From contig NIVC01000362.1 in the NCBI GenBank assembly GCA_002269645.1, positions 124,001-188,000 on the forward strand: a DNA stretch of 64,000 nucleotides, written 5' to 3'. The notes under the pieces were generated by a model, which was not told where the DNA came from, did no database searches, and worked only from the letters and a program-made list of their open reading frames with translations. The position numbers were made by a program, and so were the translations under genes. Source of the DNA: Macrostomum lignano. Taxonomy: Eukaryota. Numbering within the stretch: position 1 is the stretch's first letter; each line of letters opens with the position of its first letter. This document shows, one piece after another, positions 61,188 through 64,000 of this stretch.

Positions 61188-64000
61188 CTTTGTTTCCAAA
61201 CCGATTTGTAAGCTGAAATTGTTTACATTTTGTTTTTTTTGAAAGTACGAATTTTAGTTTTTCTTTGTAGCAATGAAATCATGGTGCTTTTAAAGTCTAA
61301 TGTTCTACATCATCACGCAACTGATGTGCAAAATGAAGAGTGTACAAGTTGTGTGGTTATGAAAAATTTGACTTTGATTGAGCCTGAATAAATGACCATA
61401 CAAGCATGAATTTAATACACCTCTTCCATTCAATTTTAATAAAACTCGCTTTATATTTCAACAAGCGGCATTCAATTTCGGCAATTCGGCCATCTCGTGG
61501 ATATCCTATCGCATGCCATATTAAAGGCGTTAATTCTGTTTATGGACAAAACTTGTTCCTGCATGCAGATTTCCTATTCAATTTTAATCCTTTTTGGTTG
61601 CACTCTTTTATAGTGTACGGTGCGAGTTATCAATCTTCAACAGCCCCCTCTCAAGCCAACAACTAATACTTTAGGTGTCTGTGGCTCTCTATAGCATCCC
61701 TCAAAACTGACTGCTCTTCTTTAAGTTCGCTTCTAGAAGACAGAAGTTTCATGTACGATAGCATACACTGAACGCGAAAAGATGCGTATTTTACAAATAA
61801 GAATAATGAGCGACGAGAAGATACTCGAAGAAGCAGGAGATGAAGCAGAAGAAGAAATCGGTGATGAAGACGATGAGGTTGAACCCTGCACTCTGGGGAC
61901 GAGTGTCTGACAGAGACAGAGCCCCCTTCTTAATGCACACGAGAACGGGCAGGATATGTCCATCTAGCGCAACTCATAAAGCCGCTTCTGCTGCTGCCCT
62001 CGTACCTTCATTTTTAAATTAAATGCTGCACGCCGAAATTGAATGGGAAATCTGGATGCAGAGCAGTTTTTGTCCATAGACATGCAGAATGAACGCCGTT
62101 ACTATGGTATGAAATAGAATATCCATGCAATTGGCGAAATTGAATGCTGCTTGACGAATTGGAATGACCGTTGAAGTATTGCAAAAACTAAATATAGGAT
62201 TCAATACTTGGTTTTTCTTGCTTAAATGTGTATGGCACTCGTGCGCTTCGCTGGCACTCGGTCACAAAGGTCATGGTACAATACTTGGTTTTAAGTGCTT
62301 AAATGTCTAGGTTGCCAATAGAAACGGCCGGGTGATTCCCAAGGTTGCGCATGTATGACAGGATATATATTTCTCGTGCATTAAATGACTCCAGCCAATA
62401 CGCGATCACGAGCCATTTAAGCACGCTTTTAGCGTTTAATGCACGCTTTTACACATTTATATCGTGTTACAATATACTCGTAGAATGATGAAATTGAATG
62501 TCAGCTTGCCAAAATAGAATGTGAGTTTTGTTGAAATTGAATGAAAAAAGATGTAATTAAAAATATTGTTTTGTCATGCTACATGTATGTGGAACAGTGA
62601 ACATCCGAAACGGAACGGCGCATAGACAGACCAAGCGTTTGAATTAAACTCGTGAAAGTAAGCTATAGACAACTCAATTTCTCATGCTGGAACGATGTGC
62701 CAAAATAGAAGGAACGATTTGAGTTTTTATTTGCAGAAATTATATAAACAGGTGATGAGGACGCACTTTTTTCCAAACCCCGCGCTAGCACATGGGCTCT
62801 AAACTTACTAGCCTACTAACAGTGAGCGATGGGCATTTTTATCCTTTTTCTGCGAATTGTCATAGAATCTATACTAGATATAATGTTTGGTTATACTAGT
62901 AGTCATAATAACATAGGCGCTGCTTTTGGGTCATAAATCATCGCTTTCGAAGCTGGTCTGACAGCCACCTGCGCCTCACTCAGTGTTGAGGCGGGCGCCA
63001 GATGGTCTGAGAGGATGCGGGCGGTAGCTTTTTTCTCATCATTTTGACAGGCCATCAAGATTTATGAGGTCAGAGCCTATTGTTCGTGTTCACTCAAGCG
63101 TGTGACAGCTTTGACAGCTATGCGTTTTACCCCTAAAAGTACGTTGGGATTAGCGATTAGCGATTTCTCTTCATTATCTTCACTTTCTATTTAATAAGAG
63201 CTTTCTAATGTATATTTGTTCATTAATTTTTGTCAATCCTACGCGATAAGTCATAAATCATTTTGTTGCGATTTTGATTGATTTATGGCCACACCTGTCA
63301 TCTTTTTACGATCCTGTGGGAACTGATAGGATCTCCCGGTCACGTGATTCTGGGTGGCAACAAGTTCAGCCAATCAGAAAATTCGGCGCTCATTTTAACA
63401 AATCGGCTCAGCCAATCAGAATCGACATGTTCCATTATAACAAACTGCGGTCCAGTTGGCGGCTATTTAAACCGGTGTTTTTGGCCCGCTCGGACTCCAA
63501 CTTGCTCGGGCCCAGCACGCAACTTCTGGTTCCCGGAGCGCGACCGCCGTTTCTTGATCCCCGGATTGCGACTTCCCCCCATCATCATCAAGGACGAATT
63601 CCCCGGTCATCAGCAGCGAACATCAAACGAAGAGCATCACCTGCTAGCTATCTGCGAAGACTGTGACAGCATCATCCCGGGTCTACAGCTACAGAGCATC
63701 AAGCCGATTCGGTCACTGTGGATTACCTGGTCTCCGGCTGTTGAGTTTCTGATTGGTTGGGTGAGAGGCTACCTGGACTTGCTTGATTGAGTGATCCCTT
63801 ATCTGTCCCCTGTTTCAGTAGCTGGATTAGGCGCACACTTTTGCTCTTTTTGTTCAGTAGTGCTGTAATCGAGGCAGAAGTCATTCAATAATACTGCTAG
63901 TAGTCTGAAACTCCAATTCAATCTGAAGTGTGAAGTGATCTAAGGAGCAGGTTAAATCTAATAGTTATTCTCATCGGTTTTATTTCTTTGTTCGCCGATG

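Noticed and set aside
62780-62812. Helitron-like 3' end (hairpin + ACTAG)
   Set aside because: The hairpin is degenerate, the next base is not T, and no 5' TC end could be identified.
63270-63800. LTR- or promoter-like segment with repeated CCAATCAG boxes and overlapping 130/170-aa ORFs
   Set aside because: No recognisable protein motifs, no clear TG..CA termini, PBS or second copy in the window.

Overview
Eukaryotic (invertebrate animal) genomic DNA with GT-AG introns. The gene style, low-complexity proteins and minisatellite-filled introns resemble a free-living flatworm such as Macrostomum (inference only). Conserved genes: prefoldin 2 (-), a 9-exon PHD+pseudo-SET KMT2E/SETD5/UpSET homolog (+), two tandem MAPEG genes (one canonical MGST3-like, one strongly divergent) and a 3-exon PLGRKT homolog. 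Mobile DNA: several MITEs with intact TSDs, decayed Gypsy (Mag-like), BEL/Pao and non-LTR elements, and many tandem repeats. The main candidate system is three minus-strand genes with nearly or fully intron-free CDSs that carry complementary parts of one architecture: (a) helical-FN3-FN3-septin/AIG1-like GTPase-Cys-rich module (29.5-32.6 kb), (b) stonustoxin-like MACPF/CDC domain plus the same Cys-rich module and a C-terminal CaaX box (56.7-58.8 kb), and (c) an adjacent second stonustoxin-like subunit (59.7-61.2 kb). My hypothesis is a cytosolic, possibly GTPase-regulated, two-component pore-forming system. Smaller finds are a 51-nt reverse-transcribed tRNA-Ser copy with an m1A58-position mismatch, an interrupted minimal hammerhead-like motif and a decayed AlkB fragment. 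All family calls come from motif recognition by eye, with no database search.
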